Assembly (NCBI GenBank): GCA_964016885.1
Contig: OZ024741.1
Span: 173,352,001-173,416,000 of the forward strand
Source of the DNA: Eledone cirrhosa
Lineage: Eukaryota
Length of the DNA: 64,000 nucleotides
Direction of reading: 5' to 3'
Shown: positions 53,185 through 64,000 of the stretch, one piece after another
Layout of the letters: each line of letters opens with the position of its first letter
Position numbering within the stretch: the stretch's first letter is position 1
The notes under the pieces: generated by a model
What the model was told of the DNA's origin: nothing
What the model saw: the letters and a program-made list of their open reading frames with translations, nothing else
Databases searched by the model: none
Program-made: the position numbers and the translations under genes

Positions 53185-54410
53185 TTCTGTTGGGAGGTTT
53201 AGTTTCTTAAGGTCAGTCTTCACAACCTCATATCATGTCTTCCTGGGTCTACCTCTTCCATTTGTCCCAGAAACTGGGGTTTCCCTGCATTTCTTTATGA
53301 AGCTGTTAGCTTCCATGTGCATCACAGGTTCTCACCAATGCAGTCCCTCTCTTGCATACTACAGCCAATTTCTTTTCTCTCAACTTGCTTATGCTATGTT
53401 ACTCATGCACACTAGCATACTCGACTCCTTTCTTTCTAGCCACTGCAGGTCTGCTGCAGTCAAGGCCTATGTTTCACTGCCATGTAACATTGTAGTTTAC
53501 ACACAAGCATCATACAGTCTACCATTCACTCTGAGAGAAAAGCATTTTGTTATTAGAACTGGTAATAGATCTCTAAGCTTCTCACATTCTGTTCTTACCT
53601 TAGCTATTACACTTTTGGCGCATCCTTCCCTACTACTAATTTGATTGCTTAGGTAGCAAAAGCTGTCAACAACTTCTATGGAGCCCACTTGGCAGCTGAA
53701 GGAATCTATTTCATGTATGCTCTTTGTGCTCACTTCCTCGGTGCATCTGCTGCATGTAAAGTATATCTTTTCTGTTAGCCTGCCTGCAATCCCACTCCAC
53801 TTCTTGTGTGTCCATAGATTCCATTGAGTCCATCTTATGGAATTTCTGCCCACCCCTTTCTGAGATATTGAACAAGGCAATTTCCCTGATGGCATAATCT
53901 TCCTGTATTCTTCCCTACTTATTAGGACTTTTGTCTTTGCTATATTTTCTTTTAGACCTTCTAAATCTAGGTTCTTCTTCCATGCTTGAAATTTTGCCTC
54001 CAATTCTCCTACAGATTCAGCTATGAGGACTAGGTCATTAGTGTATAGGAGCTGCTATGGAGTGCCAGTTTTAAACTCCTCAGTGATGGCCTGAAGCAGG
54101 ATGATAAATAAGAGTGGGCTGAGGACTGATCCCTGGTGTACTCCCACATGCACTTCAAATTCATCACTGTACTCATTGCTAACTCTCACTCTGCTGGTTA
54201 CTCCTCTATACATGGTCATCACAAGCCATTCGTCTACACCTAACTTCCTGAGTGCCCACCTGATTATAGAGTCTGGAACCCTGTCAAAGGCTTTCTCTAG
54301 ATCCACAAATACTTAGCAACTGTCCTGTAGTTGTCTCACAAGAAAAAGTGCACTGGTGGTACCCCTCCCTGACAAAATTCCAAACTGCATCTCATCTTAC
54401 TTGATTCTTT
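53185..54410 (-). mobile_element. decayed RTE LINE (RT half)
   Basis: DLEKAFDRV, GVHQGSVLSPLLF, degenerate PHD finger, FCYL, GRLYDACV. Confidence 0.88.
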
Positions 54411-54810
54411 CCAATATTGTGCCATCAGAACACAATGTATATATTGCATGAGTGAGATGTTGTCATCTGACTTTCCTAGCCCCAGAGTGTGAGGATCTGT
54501 CTAACCCAGGCAAACATGGAAAATAAACATAAAACAGTGATGAGGATGATGAGGATCTCGCTCTCCCTCTCTTTATATATATATATAAATAAACAGAAAT
54601 AACAATGCAAACGACACAAATATATTAGTTTTACGCTTGATATAGTAGGAAATGAGGCTTATATATATATATATATGCAGAGGTTGTATTTAATTAGTTG
54701 GGATTCAACAAGCTTAAACATTTTTATAACTGATATAAAGCACTCAACAGATTAGTGGAGTAAATATTCAATATATTAATAAATGGAAACTATATTTATA
54801 AAACCATAAT

Positions 54811-54876
54811 TATTTTATTATATATATTTCAAGGGCAACCAAGGAAAATTTTGGTGCGCTTTCATCGGGTAAAATA
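54811..54876 (-). ncRNA. type I hammerhead ribozyme (U4 changed to C)
   Basis: minus: TATTTTAC-CCGATGA-AAGCGCACCAA..TTGGTTGCCCTT-GAAA-TATATA-TA-ATAAAATA; paralog of 9885. Confidence 0.65.
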
Positions 54877-54927
54877 CAAATTTGTTTTATAAATAAATAT
54901 TGACATACCTGCATAAAGACAACCTTA

Positions 54928-55089
54928 ACGGCTAATTCTGGACTAAAATTTTAGTCCAGAATTAGCCGTCGAAACGGCTTGAGCTCAGCCATCGGGGTCC
55001 TACTCATTCCTATTACCCACTCTACTACCCTAAGTATTGAATACTTTGGTGCATTATGGTCCATTTGGTTCCTTACCACATTTCCTTTG

Positions 55090-55090
<1 letters not shown>
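54928..55090 (+). mobile_element. third copy of the 31.8 kb fold-back family
   Basis: perfect loopless palindrome 54928-54969, then GAAACGGCTTGAGCTCAGCCATCGGGGTC. Confidence 0.7.
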
Positions 55091-55156
<66 letters not shown>

Positions 55157-55158
<2 letters not shown>

Positions 55159-55659
55159 AATACAAAGTAAAACCTACTACAGTCAGTAGGCATCTCTAAC
55201 AAAATACACCCCCGTCCCACCACCCCACCCCATCCACACCGCCCCTTTCAATGTAAAGTTATGTTGGTGCCACAACATCCAGGCCGAAACAAATGAGATC
55301 GTGTAGGTGTCACGACAAAAAACACACAGTCCACGCTGTAATGTGGCCGTGTAGGCAACACGGTAAAAACCTCCCAGTCCCACACTGTAAATGTGGTTGG
55401 TGTTAGGAAGGGCATCCAGCTGTAGAAAACCCGCCAGACAGTCCACGCTGTAATGTGGCCATGTAAGCAACACAGTAAAAACCTCCCAGCCAAACACTGT
55501 AAATGTGGTTGGTGTTAGGAAGGGCATCCAGCTGTAGAAAACCCGCCAGACAGTCCTATGCGAGCAAGACAACCACTCTTGCCTCAAGTGGGAAAACTCC
55601 CGTCCAAACCCATGCAAGCGTGGAACATGGACGTTAAACGATGATGATGATGATGATGA

Positions 55660-55663
<4 letters not shown>
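55157..55663 (+). mobile_element. RTE 3' UTR with internal duplication
   Basis: matches the 44719-45110 reverse complement; ~110-bp subunit duplicated; (GAT)n tail. Confidence 0.8.
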
Positions 55664-55715
<52 letters not shown>

Positions 55716-56031
55716 ATATATATGTATATATAAATAAATGATTTAGTCAGGAGGAAAACCTGCTCTCATGACCCCAGCTGACCCACCAAAGCTTCCACTT
55801 ACATTTGTAAATTTTATACTTTCTTCATTTATAGGTCTTCTGTATCATGACAGACCTAGGGCTAAACAACAACAGTAACAGAAGCAATTCCATAACAAGA
55901 TTAACAGTGATGTAGATAGAAAGAAAGAAGAAAAACTTCATCAGACATGCTTCTATGTGACCTTCAGAAAATAACAGCTAAATTTCCCTCAAATTTCAGC
56001 CTACCATCATGAATCAGGAATAGTCCAATAA

Positions 56032-57754
56032 TACCGTGTAACATATATTTTGTTCGCCGGTTTTAAGTATGATTTCCTGGTTTATTATATCCCATTATTA
56101 TAAAAAAACACTATTATTTAATCAAAGGTTTGGGTTTGTGGTTAGAAGTTTGATATTTCGAAATAAATTTCATACTTTTCAAGAAAAAACACATTTTAAA
56201 AAAATTTATCAGTTCATATAATTAAATCAACAGAGTATATATTTATTTTATTACACAAGCTTATCAAAAGCAAATAAGTAAAAACAAATAACACTTATAA
56301 AGCAACTTATACACGTCAGAAATGACTGGATTTCCTGGATTTGTGGTTGTAGTCCAGGTCGCATTCCCGCACTAGCCCCCAGATATAGTCCCCCATCATT
56401 TTTTCATTGTAGTGGCCCTGGTACCTCCGCTCTATCTCTTTCACATCTTGGTGGAATCGTTCGCCTTGTTCTTCTGAGTAGGCGCCCATATTGTCCTTGA
56501 ATTTTTCCAGGTGAGCGTCCAGCATATGGAGTTTAAGCAACATCCTGCATCCCATGGCGCCAAAAAGCCTTTATCAGATCCTGCACCAGTTGCTGGTAGT
56601 TTTCAGCTCTGTAGTTGCCCAGGAAGCCCTTAACAACTGCCTTGAAACAGTTCCATGCTGGTCTCTCAATCCTATTCAGCTTATTGGAGAACTCGGTAGA
56701 CTCAAACACCTTCTTTATCTGAGGTCCAACAAAAATTTCACCTTTGATTTTGGCCTCAGATAACTTGGGGAAGAACTCAAGAAGGTACTTAAAAGCGGCT
56801 GATTCTTGGTTGAGAGCCTTCACAAACTGCTTCATCAACCCAAACTTGTGTAGTGGCGGCATGAACACAATCCTGGGATCAACCAGTGGCTCCCACATGA
56901 CGTTCCAGGTCCCAACTACAAATTCTGTTCGCTGCTCCCAGTTCTTTCTTTTGTAGTGGTCAGAGGTGGCTCTGCTGTCCCAAAGGCAGAGGAAGCATTG
57001 GAATTTGATAAAGCTTCCTTGGAGTCCAAGCAGGAAAGCCACCATCTTGAAGTCTCCAATGATTTCCCAGTTGTACTGGTTGTATTGCAGAGAAGAGGAC
57101 TTTCACACTGTAGTAATCTTCCTTCAGGCAGACTGAATGAGCTAGGGGCAGTGTCGGGAACTTGTTTCCATTGTGGAGGAGGACAGCCTTCAAACTTGTG
57201 ATGGAGCTGTCTATAAATAGCACAAACGGCACCCCAATAACGTCAAACAGTCCAGGCACGTCATGGCAGAAGCAGAGGCCATCCCTAAGAATGTAAAAGC
57301 CTGAGAAAGGTTTGTGTCGACTTCTCTGACTTGTCACCTACACTTCCTCCTTGACCAAGTTCCACTGCTTTATCCTGGAAACGAATGCTTAAAACACAAC
57401 TTACCCTTTATTCAGGGTGCGAAAATCCAGTATCAATAAATCTCTTTAATCCACTTTTTAACAATTTTATGCTTTATTGCACTTTTATAATTTTTTTTAG
57501 GTATTACTCTTTATTTTATAATTTTAATTTAACCTGAAACATATATAAAAAAAATCATTTAACATAAGCAAATTAAACTTACATACAACGTAAAATCCAG
57601 CATACAAATAATTCTAGTGAATAGCTTAGAATTTTTACAAACCCAAACTTTTAACTGTTTAATAGCACTTTTTTTTTTATTTGGGACCTAAGCAACACAA
57701 AAAAAGTGATTACAAGCCAGGAACAGAGAAAACATTTTTTTTTGTTACACGGTG
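56032..57754 (-). mobile_element. Chapaev3-like (CMC) DNA transposon, internally deleted
   Basis: termini (C/T)ACCGTGTAACA / TGTTACACGGTG with 3-bp TSD TAA; transposase fragments CFLCLWDSRA, MPPLH.K.GLMKQFVKAL, KLHMLDAH..SEEQGERFHQD..RYQG..DYIWGL. Confidence 0.8.
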
Positions 57755-57836
57755 TAATCTAGTCCTTGTTATATTCCTAAAAAGACTGAAATTACTTTGA
57801 TCATATGTCAACCTAACAAGAGATGGCCTGGGGCTA

Positions 57837-58310
57837 AACAACAACAACATCATCATCATCATCATCACCAATAAAACCTGTCAATATAAGTAACAGCAGC
57901 AATAACGACAATGTGAAAAAGAACAGCAAAAGGTAACAAGAAAAGGTAACTTCAAGAAGAAGACGAACCACAACAGCAATAATGACAACAACGTCAATAA
58001 CAATAATAGAAGACAACAACAACAACAACAACAACAATAACAACAACAACAGTAACAACGTTAATAAGAACAAGAAAAAGAGGACATAGAAGACGAAGAA
58101 GAAGAACAATGACAACGTTAACAACAACAAAATGCCATCAACTACAGCAACAACAACATCAATAACAACAATAGAAGGCAACAACAATGTCATCAAGAAG
58201 AACAGGCAACAAAAGACAGCAGTAACAACAACAAAATATACCAACAACAAGAACAACAACGTTAATAACAACAACAAAAGACAATAGAAGACAACAACAA
58301 TAGTAACAAG
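57837..58310. repeat. (CAA)n-rich low-complexity tract
   Basis: degenerate AAC/CAA repeats. Confidence 0.85.
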
Positions 58311-58636
58311 GAAAGATGTAGCTTGGAGTAATATAATTTCAGGTTGAGGGAAAGTTGCACAAACTACAGTGGCGGGGAGGAGAAGAATTGAACTTTTAGT
58401 CTATGAAATTTAGTAAATAAATAAAGAAATATATAAAGAAATAATAAAGATAATAAAAACATGTAAAAAAATAAAATGTGAAAAAATAAAATGTGAAAAA
58501 ATATGTATGATTGAAAAAATGACAAAACAAGCAACAAAAAATGATTGTTTTAAACAACCAAAACTGATCAACCTATCAATAAGCAAATAGACAAAGAAGA
58601 GGCGGGTAATATTCTCTATAGGGATTGTGTGGTGTC

Positions 58637-58656
58637 TGACGTCACACATGACATCA
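58637..58656. promoter_or_regulatory. CRE (TGACGTCA) plus adjacent CRE-like TGACATCA
   Basis: perfect palindromic CRE in a non-repetitive island ~650 bp upstream of a putative TSS. Confidence 0.45.
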
Positions 58657-59154
58657 TTTGATGATTGACATTCTGAAATGTTAGTGGGTGGAGCCAGAAA
58701 ACATTCCACCTCAAAGAATCACTCCTTAACTAAGTTGAAGAAGCAGAAAAAGTGGTAAGGTGAAATAAAAAGAGAGAGAGAGAGAGAGAGAGAGATGTAT
58801 TAAGTAAGAGAGAGGAGGAGGAGAGGGAGAAAGAAAAATGAAGCGAGTGACAAAGAGATAAAATAAATAAAAGAGAAAAGGGAGAGAGAAGAGAAATAAA
58901 GGAAGTGAAAGAGAAACAGTAAATAGGAGAGAGAGGGAGAGAGTGAGAGAGTGAGAGAGAGAGAGGAGAGATAAAAGAAGAAAATGAGAAAGAATTAGAG
59001 GGGGGGGGTAAAGGAAGGAATGAGAAAAAAATGAGAGGGAGAGGGGGAGATAAAAGAAGTGAATGAAAAGAACAGAGTGAGATAGGGAGAGAAAAGGGGG
59101 GGAGATAAAGGAGGTGAAAGATAAAGAGAGAGAGAGAAAGGAGTTGAATGAGAA

Positions 59155-59204
<50 letters not shown>

Positions 59205-59237
59205 TAAAATTGCAGAGGCGGAGAATGTTTTTGTTAG

Positions 59238-59325
59238 CCCGCCCACATTTTTCAATCTAGTTTGATATATAGGCACTGGTTTTATTCTTAGTCTTAGATG
59301 GCACTAACAAACATTGCTGTGTGAG
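59238..59325 (+). promoter_or_regulatory. putative core promoter and short first exon
   Basis: GC box CCCGCCC 59238-44, TATATA 59266-71, Inr-like TTAGTC 59288-93, donor GAG|GTAGAC at 59326. Confidence 0.5.
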
Positions 59326-59539
59326 GTAGACACCAATAATAAGAATACTACTAAGTATATGACTACCACTACTACTAATAAGAATAAATAAGAATAATAA
59401 GAATTCTTTCTAACATTGGCACAAGGTCAGCATTTAATAATAATACATTTCTATATTGTGGAGGAAAAATCACAAGATTCTCTCTCTTTTACATTAATTT
59501 TTTCCCCTCAAGTTGACACTTTTCTTCAAGAAAGCAACA

Positions 59540-59650
59540 ATGGCAGTATGGTCACCCATTCGAATAATATGTTTGTTTGGTATTTGTTACATTATTCTCA
59601 TGTCCATGGTAAACATCACAGCCAGTGAACCACAATATGACATAGACAAG
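59540..59650 (+). CDS. first coding exon of a secreted/membrane protein (signal peptide MAVWSPIRIICLFGICYIILMSMVNITASEPQYDIDK)
   Basis: polypyrimidine acceptor TTTTTTCCCCTCAAG (exon starts 59513), ACAATGG Kozak context, hydrophobic h-region, phase-0 donor AAG|GTAGGT. Confidence 0.65.
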
Positions 59651-61619
59651 GTAGGTAAACATATCTTTATCAGTCAAATATTGTTTCTTTTCAATGAGTG
59701 AATCTTTTTGGTTCCCATCATGTCTTTCCTTGCTTCAAATGGCAAAAAGCAGGTTCCAGAATGATCCTTGGGTATTTTTAGTAACATTTTTTCAGCCCAG
59801 CCTTGTTCATACAGTCAATTAGTTTATCACTATCTCCTAGTCCTTGAGTAACTTTAGAAGAGTTCACTCTGTTGCTATCTTTTGGGCCATGTTTTCTATT
59901 TGAGGATAACTTTCTTAACTCCCCCATCACCACCAGTCTCAGAGGCTCTGGTTATGGGCACTCTTCTTCTGTCTTTGACTATGTGTTTTCTATGCAAATG
60001 TTCATCTAAGTAAACACTTTAATAAATAGTTCGAAAGAACATTAATTTAAAAGGTCCTTGTTCATGACTGGACTTTTCATCACTGTAATAATCTAATATC
60101 CTTTGTAGTTTTGTTTTCTTCTAATGGAACAATATATTTTTCAGTTGAAACAAAATTGAATTATGTAAATGAAAATTTGTTTATTTGTATTAAATTTATT
60201 CTAATATAAATTGTAAAATACATGTAAAAAATGAACCCAGTACACTCTGTAAAGTGTGCATCTAGCCATAGAAAACTTGCCAAACAAAGATTTGAGAGGA
60301 CTCATCATTTGTGTGAAGGGCATGAAAACTTCCTGTGGTGTATTGGAATATATATAAGTTAAATGTTGGCCCCCAGCTAGTCTGAGAGGTCAGCAGCTTC
60401 GATTTAGCACTGATTTTGGCTGTGATGATGTATCCAATCCCTATCAGCTTGGAAGAACATGTTAACTGATAATGATGTAGATGATGATGATGATGATATG
60501 TAGCTGATGATGAAACATCCAGCAATGAAATATTCTCCCACAATTTATAGCACTACATTGATGAGATCTCCTTAACTTAAACTTCTTGCCATAAAATATT
60601 TATACAAGCCTTATTTGCATAAGATCTATTTTCATTTCAATAGTGAATGAAATGTATGTATTTGGTGACAAATCATTCAGACATGATTTGTGTTAATGAA
60701 GTTCATTTATCTTTGAATTCTTGCTGCATTATTGAACTATTTTTTTTAAATTGTTCTTCATTATACATAATGGTTTCTGATTTAGGCACAAGGCCGGCAA
60801 TTTGGGGGAGGGGAAAGTCTTCTGTCATTTCTGATGACAAGTGCTCCAGTTGATTCAATCAACAGAACAGCTGGCACATGATATTAACATGAAAGTGGTT
60901 GAGCATTCCACAGACATACATATGATATATATACATAATGTAGTCCTAGGTACACTATATCTAAATAAACATAGTTCACAGGGAGATTCAGCACAATACT
61001 TTGTGACAAGGCTGGCCCTGGGTTTGATATAATCGATTTTCTCCTTCCTTCTTCCTCTTGTACTGAAAGTACAAGACTACTCCTTGGGTTTAATACCAGC
61101 CACTGATGCTGTTGCTGGTACACATTTTATTTCAACAGAGTGAAATGAAGTGCTTTGCTCAGCAAAGCAATGTACCACTCGGTTTGGGAATTGGACTCTA
61201 TAACCTTAAGGTTGTGAGCCCAACACCTTAACCAATAGGCCACATGCCTTCATTATCTCTTTTTACACATTTTTACTTATTATAGCGATGAGGGCAGTCC
61301 TTCTTAATTATAATAGTAATGAAGGAAGTTCTGAATTTTCTTCACTAATATGAAAATAAGGATAGTTGTGACCTATTTTAGCTGTTAGTTACAACTATCA
61401 TATGAGCAAAAGAAAAATATTCATATCTTTATTTATGAAGAGTTCTTTCTTGGGATTAATTAAAATGTAAATTTATGTATAATTAGCAAGATATTTAGTA
61501 CACAGCACGGGACAATCTTATTATTATTTAACTATTTATCATGGCCAACTTTGATGTTGTTTGTAGGCCTCTTATTTTAGGGAATACTGGGCTACATCTA
61601 GTAACCTAGGGTAACTTCA

Positions 61620-62990
61620 ACTTTTCCATATCATTCTTTGTTATTCACTGCTGTTAATAGTCCAGAACTTTTCTCTATATTCGGGCTGTTCACAGTAGAC
61701 ATGTCTTCTGGAGCAGTTCAATCCCTGGTACAAAAGCTATTTTCGGCAGGTAGTTTTCAGGGTTCTTTATCACCACTGGGACAATGGTGACTGTCTTCAC
61801 TTCATTACTCCAGCATTTCAAAATCTTGTATTTTAAGTCAGTATAAGCCCCTACTTTCTCCATCTCTTTTTGTTCAATTCTGATGTAGAAAGGACGTGCT
61901 ATATCTATGAGAGTACAGTTTCTCTTCTTTTTCTCAATTACATCAATATCTGGTTTGTTGTGTTCAATCTTCATCTGGGTTTGAATTAGGAAGTCTGATA
62001 AGACCTTTATCTTATCATTCTCTAGCACTCTCATCTCATTTGTGATACCATGTTCATAGCTTTTTTCTGCACATGAAAATCCATTCTATTTACACAAGCT
62101 CCAGTGCAACATGCTAACGACCTTATCATATCTGCCGTTTATTTTAATAATCATTCTGGGCTAACTGCTTACACTCTGAAACGATATGGGTTACCCATAT
62201 CGTTTCAGGTAACAAGTTCTGCATTCAGCTTGAATATCTTTCTTGTCTATATTTCTCATTACCTACCTTGTTTTTATGTCTTGATCTAATATAAGTCCTT
62301 CAATTTTTTCTTAATGTAGCCTTTCCAAGTATTTTTGTTATCACACATGTTTTTATGTCTTGATCTAATATAAGTCCTTCAATTTTTTCTTAATGTAGCC
62401 TTTCCAAGTATTTTTGTTATCACACATGTTTCTTGTTTCCTTAATGAATGCTGAATCATCAAATGCTTTTTCCCTCTTCAGGAATCACAGTCTTTGTGTT
62501 TTCTGCATCTCCATTTGTCTCAAATATGTCTCCCCTGATAACTGCCAATCTAAACTTTTCTTTCTTATTTTTTATGTAGAATCCCATACCACTTTCTTCT
62601 ATTTTGACAGCATCCCATCCTGTACTATCAGTAATCCCCTATCTACCTCCTTTCTTTTCCCATGCAACCTGTCTACATCACCTTGTGGGTGCATATTTCG
62701 ATAGATAGTGAGCATTTTCCTTGTTTTCCGATCAATTTCCTTCAACTCTACATTTATCTATTCTACTATACCTGCCCCATACCTAATTAATGAAACAGTT
62801 CTGGTTTTTATCGCCTACACAGTATTTACACCATTCAAACTGGACTTGAGTGCTCATACCACTGGCTTACTCTTTTGCAGCTGTATTTTCCATATAACTG
62901 CCAATGACTGATTTTTGTATTCTTTGTGTCGGCTGGTGATATGTTACACAGTTTCTCCCTTTTCTCAACATATCCTACACTTTTCTGGGT
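61620..62990 (-). mobile_element. decayed R4/Dong-like non-LTR retrotransposon (restriction-like endonuclease)
   Basis: HNKPDIDVIEK..LIDIARP..EKV..Y.DL..W..VPVV (PD-D RLE), HPQGDVDRL..GGR thumb motif, CRIC..ETV.HI zinc knuckle. Confidence 0.75.
62270..62432. repeat. 79-bp perfect tandem duplication
   Basis: TTTTATGTCTTGATCTAAT...CACACATGT repeated at 62272 and 62351. Confidence 0.9.
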
Positions 62991-62999
62991 CAAGTGAAG

Positions 63000-63832
63000 A
63001 CCAGGAGGAAGTACTTGGAAACTAGAATGTCTTCAAGCAATCATGGCCCTCAGCCACTCGGGTTGTACAATTGGTGGAAACTCCACCTTGGCATTCTATA
63101 GAGGGTTAGAGGCAGGTAAAAGTGATGATGTTCTTGGGGAGACTCTCTGCATTGATGAAATTCAACTAACCACTCTTTTTTAGAGGAAGTTTGGTTCAGA
63201 GCCCATGGATAACTTCCAGAAATCTCTAGCCTGACAGTGTCACCAGGGAGCATTGCCAGTTGGAAATAAACTCTGTAGGCTTGGAAGTGCACTCAGCCGA
63301 GCCTGTCCGAGATGCATGCAGGACAATGAAGCCATACTGCATGCACTCATTGCGTGTCCGAGTATTGCTGACTTGTGGATTTATGTTGAACACCTGCTGT
63401 CACATGTAGGGTGAATCTGGTTATCAGATGAGCCCTTTGTGGAGATCACCCCACTGCCTTCAATTTAGCTGGGAAGGACAGGCAGTTTTTATCTGCCTAG
63501 TGGCCATAGCAATAGAGGTCAAACTTTTGAAAGTGTTGAAAACAAGCACTTTCCTCTTCGATGAAGCCCTGATTAACTTTTTCAGGTTTCAGTTAAAGAG
63601 GAAAATCCAGGTGGAGAGGGAAGTGCTGCCTTCCAACCAGTTTGTTGAAAGGTAGGTGGGAGTGGTGAGCATTGCCTGAGTAAATGGGCCTACTTTGTTT
63701 TGTTTGAATTTTGACATGGGCTTTAAGCATTTATTATTATTAAGTTTTTACACACAGAAACCAACACTCTATTGTCCTTTGCCATCTTTAATGTTTTCTT
63801 AATGTCAGCCCTGTGTGGCTAATAAAGAAATA
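63000..63832 (+). mobile_element. Tx1/L1-clade LINE 3' remnant
   Basis: NFQKSLA*QCHQGALPVGNKL..CPRC..EAILHALIACP..LW (zf-RVT/CCHC); 3' end GCCCTGTGTGGCTAATAAAGAAAT. Confidence 0.7.
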
Positions 63833-63837
63833 TCATT

Positions 63838-64000
63838 AGGGGAATTGGCAGTATCGGTAGAGGGTCAGACGCCATGCTTTGCAGCATAGAGTTACGGCTC
63901 CTTGCTGTCTGAGTTCAAATCCTGCTGAGGTTAACTTTGCCTTTCATCCTTACGGGGTTGATAAAATAAAGTACCAGTAATGCACTGGGATAATTACTGG
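63838..64000 (+). mobile_element. Nin-like SINE (runs off the window end)
   Basis: family match. Confidence 0.85.

Noticed and set aside
60500-60525. CTGATGA-T-GAAAC as a hammerhead
   Set aside because: No stem II or stem III; it is part of a (GAT)n tail

Overview
AT-rich eukaryotic (animal) genomic DNA, most likely an octopod cephalopod (inferred from the SINE/LINE repertoire and dense (TA)n/(CAT)n microsatellites; not provable from the window alone). It is dominated by transposable elements: several RTE-clade LINE copies (one near-complete endonuclease+RT copy, most with a C4HC3 PHD-type finger inside the RT), many tRNA-derived SINEs of two kinds, a Helitron nested in a TTAA MITE, a DD37D (maT) Tc1/mariner element, a Chapaev3-like element, and R4/Dong-like and Tx1-like LINE remnants. 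The only well-supported host gene signal is a promoter plus a signal-peptide-encoding first coding exon near 59.2-59.7 kb (+). The most notable feature, invisible in the ORF track, is a set of at least eight type I hammerhead ribozyme motifs plus several half or degenerate ones. They come from different sequence families, each has a very short self-complementary (palindromic) stem III, and they sit in short non-coding elements inserted in (TA)n tracts with tandem or fold-back inverted-repeat architecture. This is the signature of Penelope-like pseudo-LTRs/retrozymes. All folds were done by eye; no computation or database search was run.
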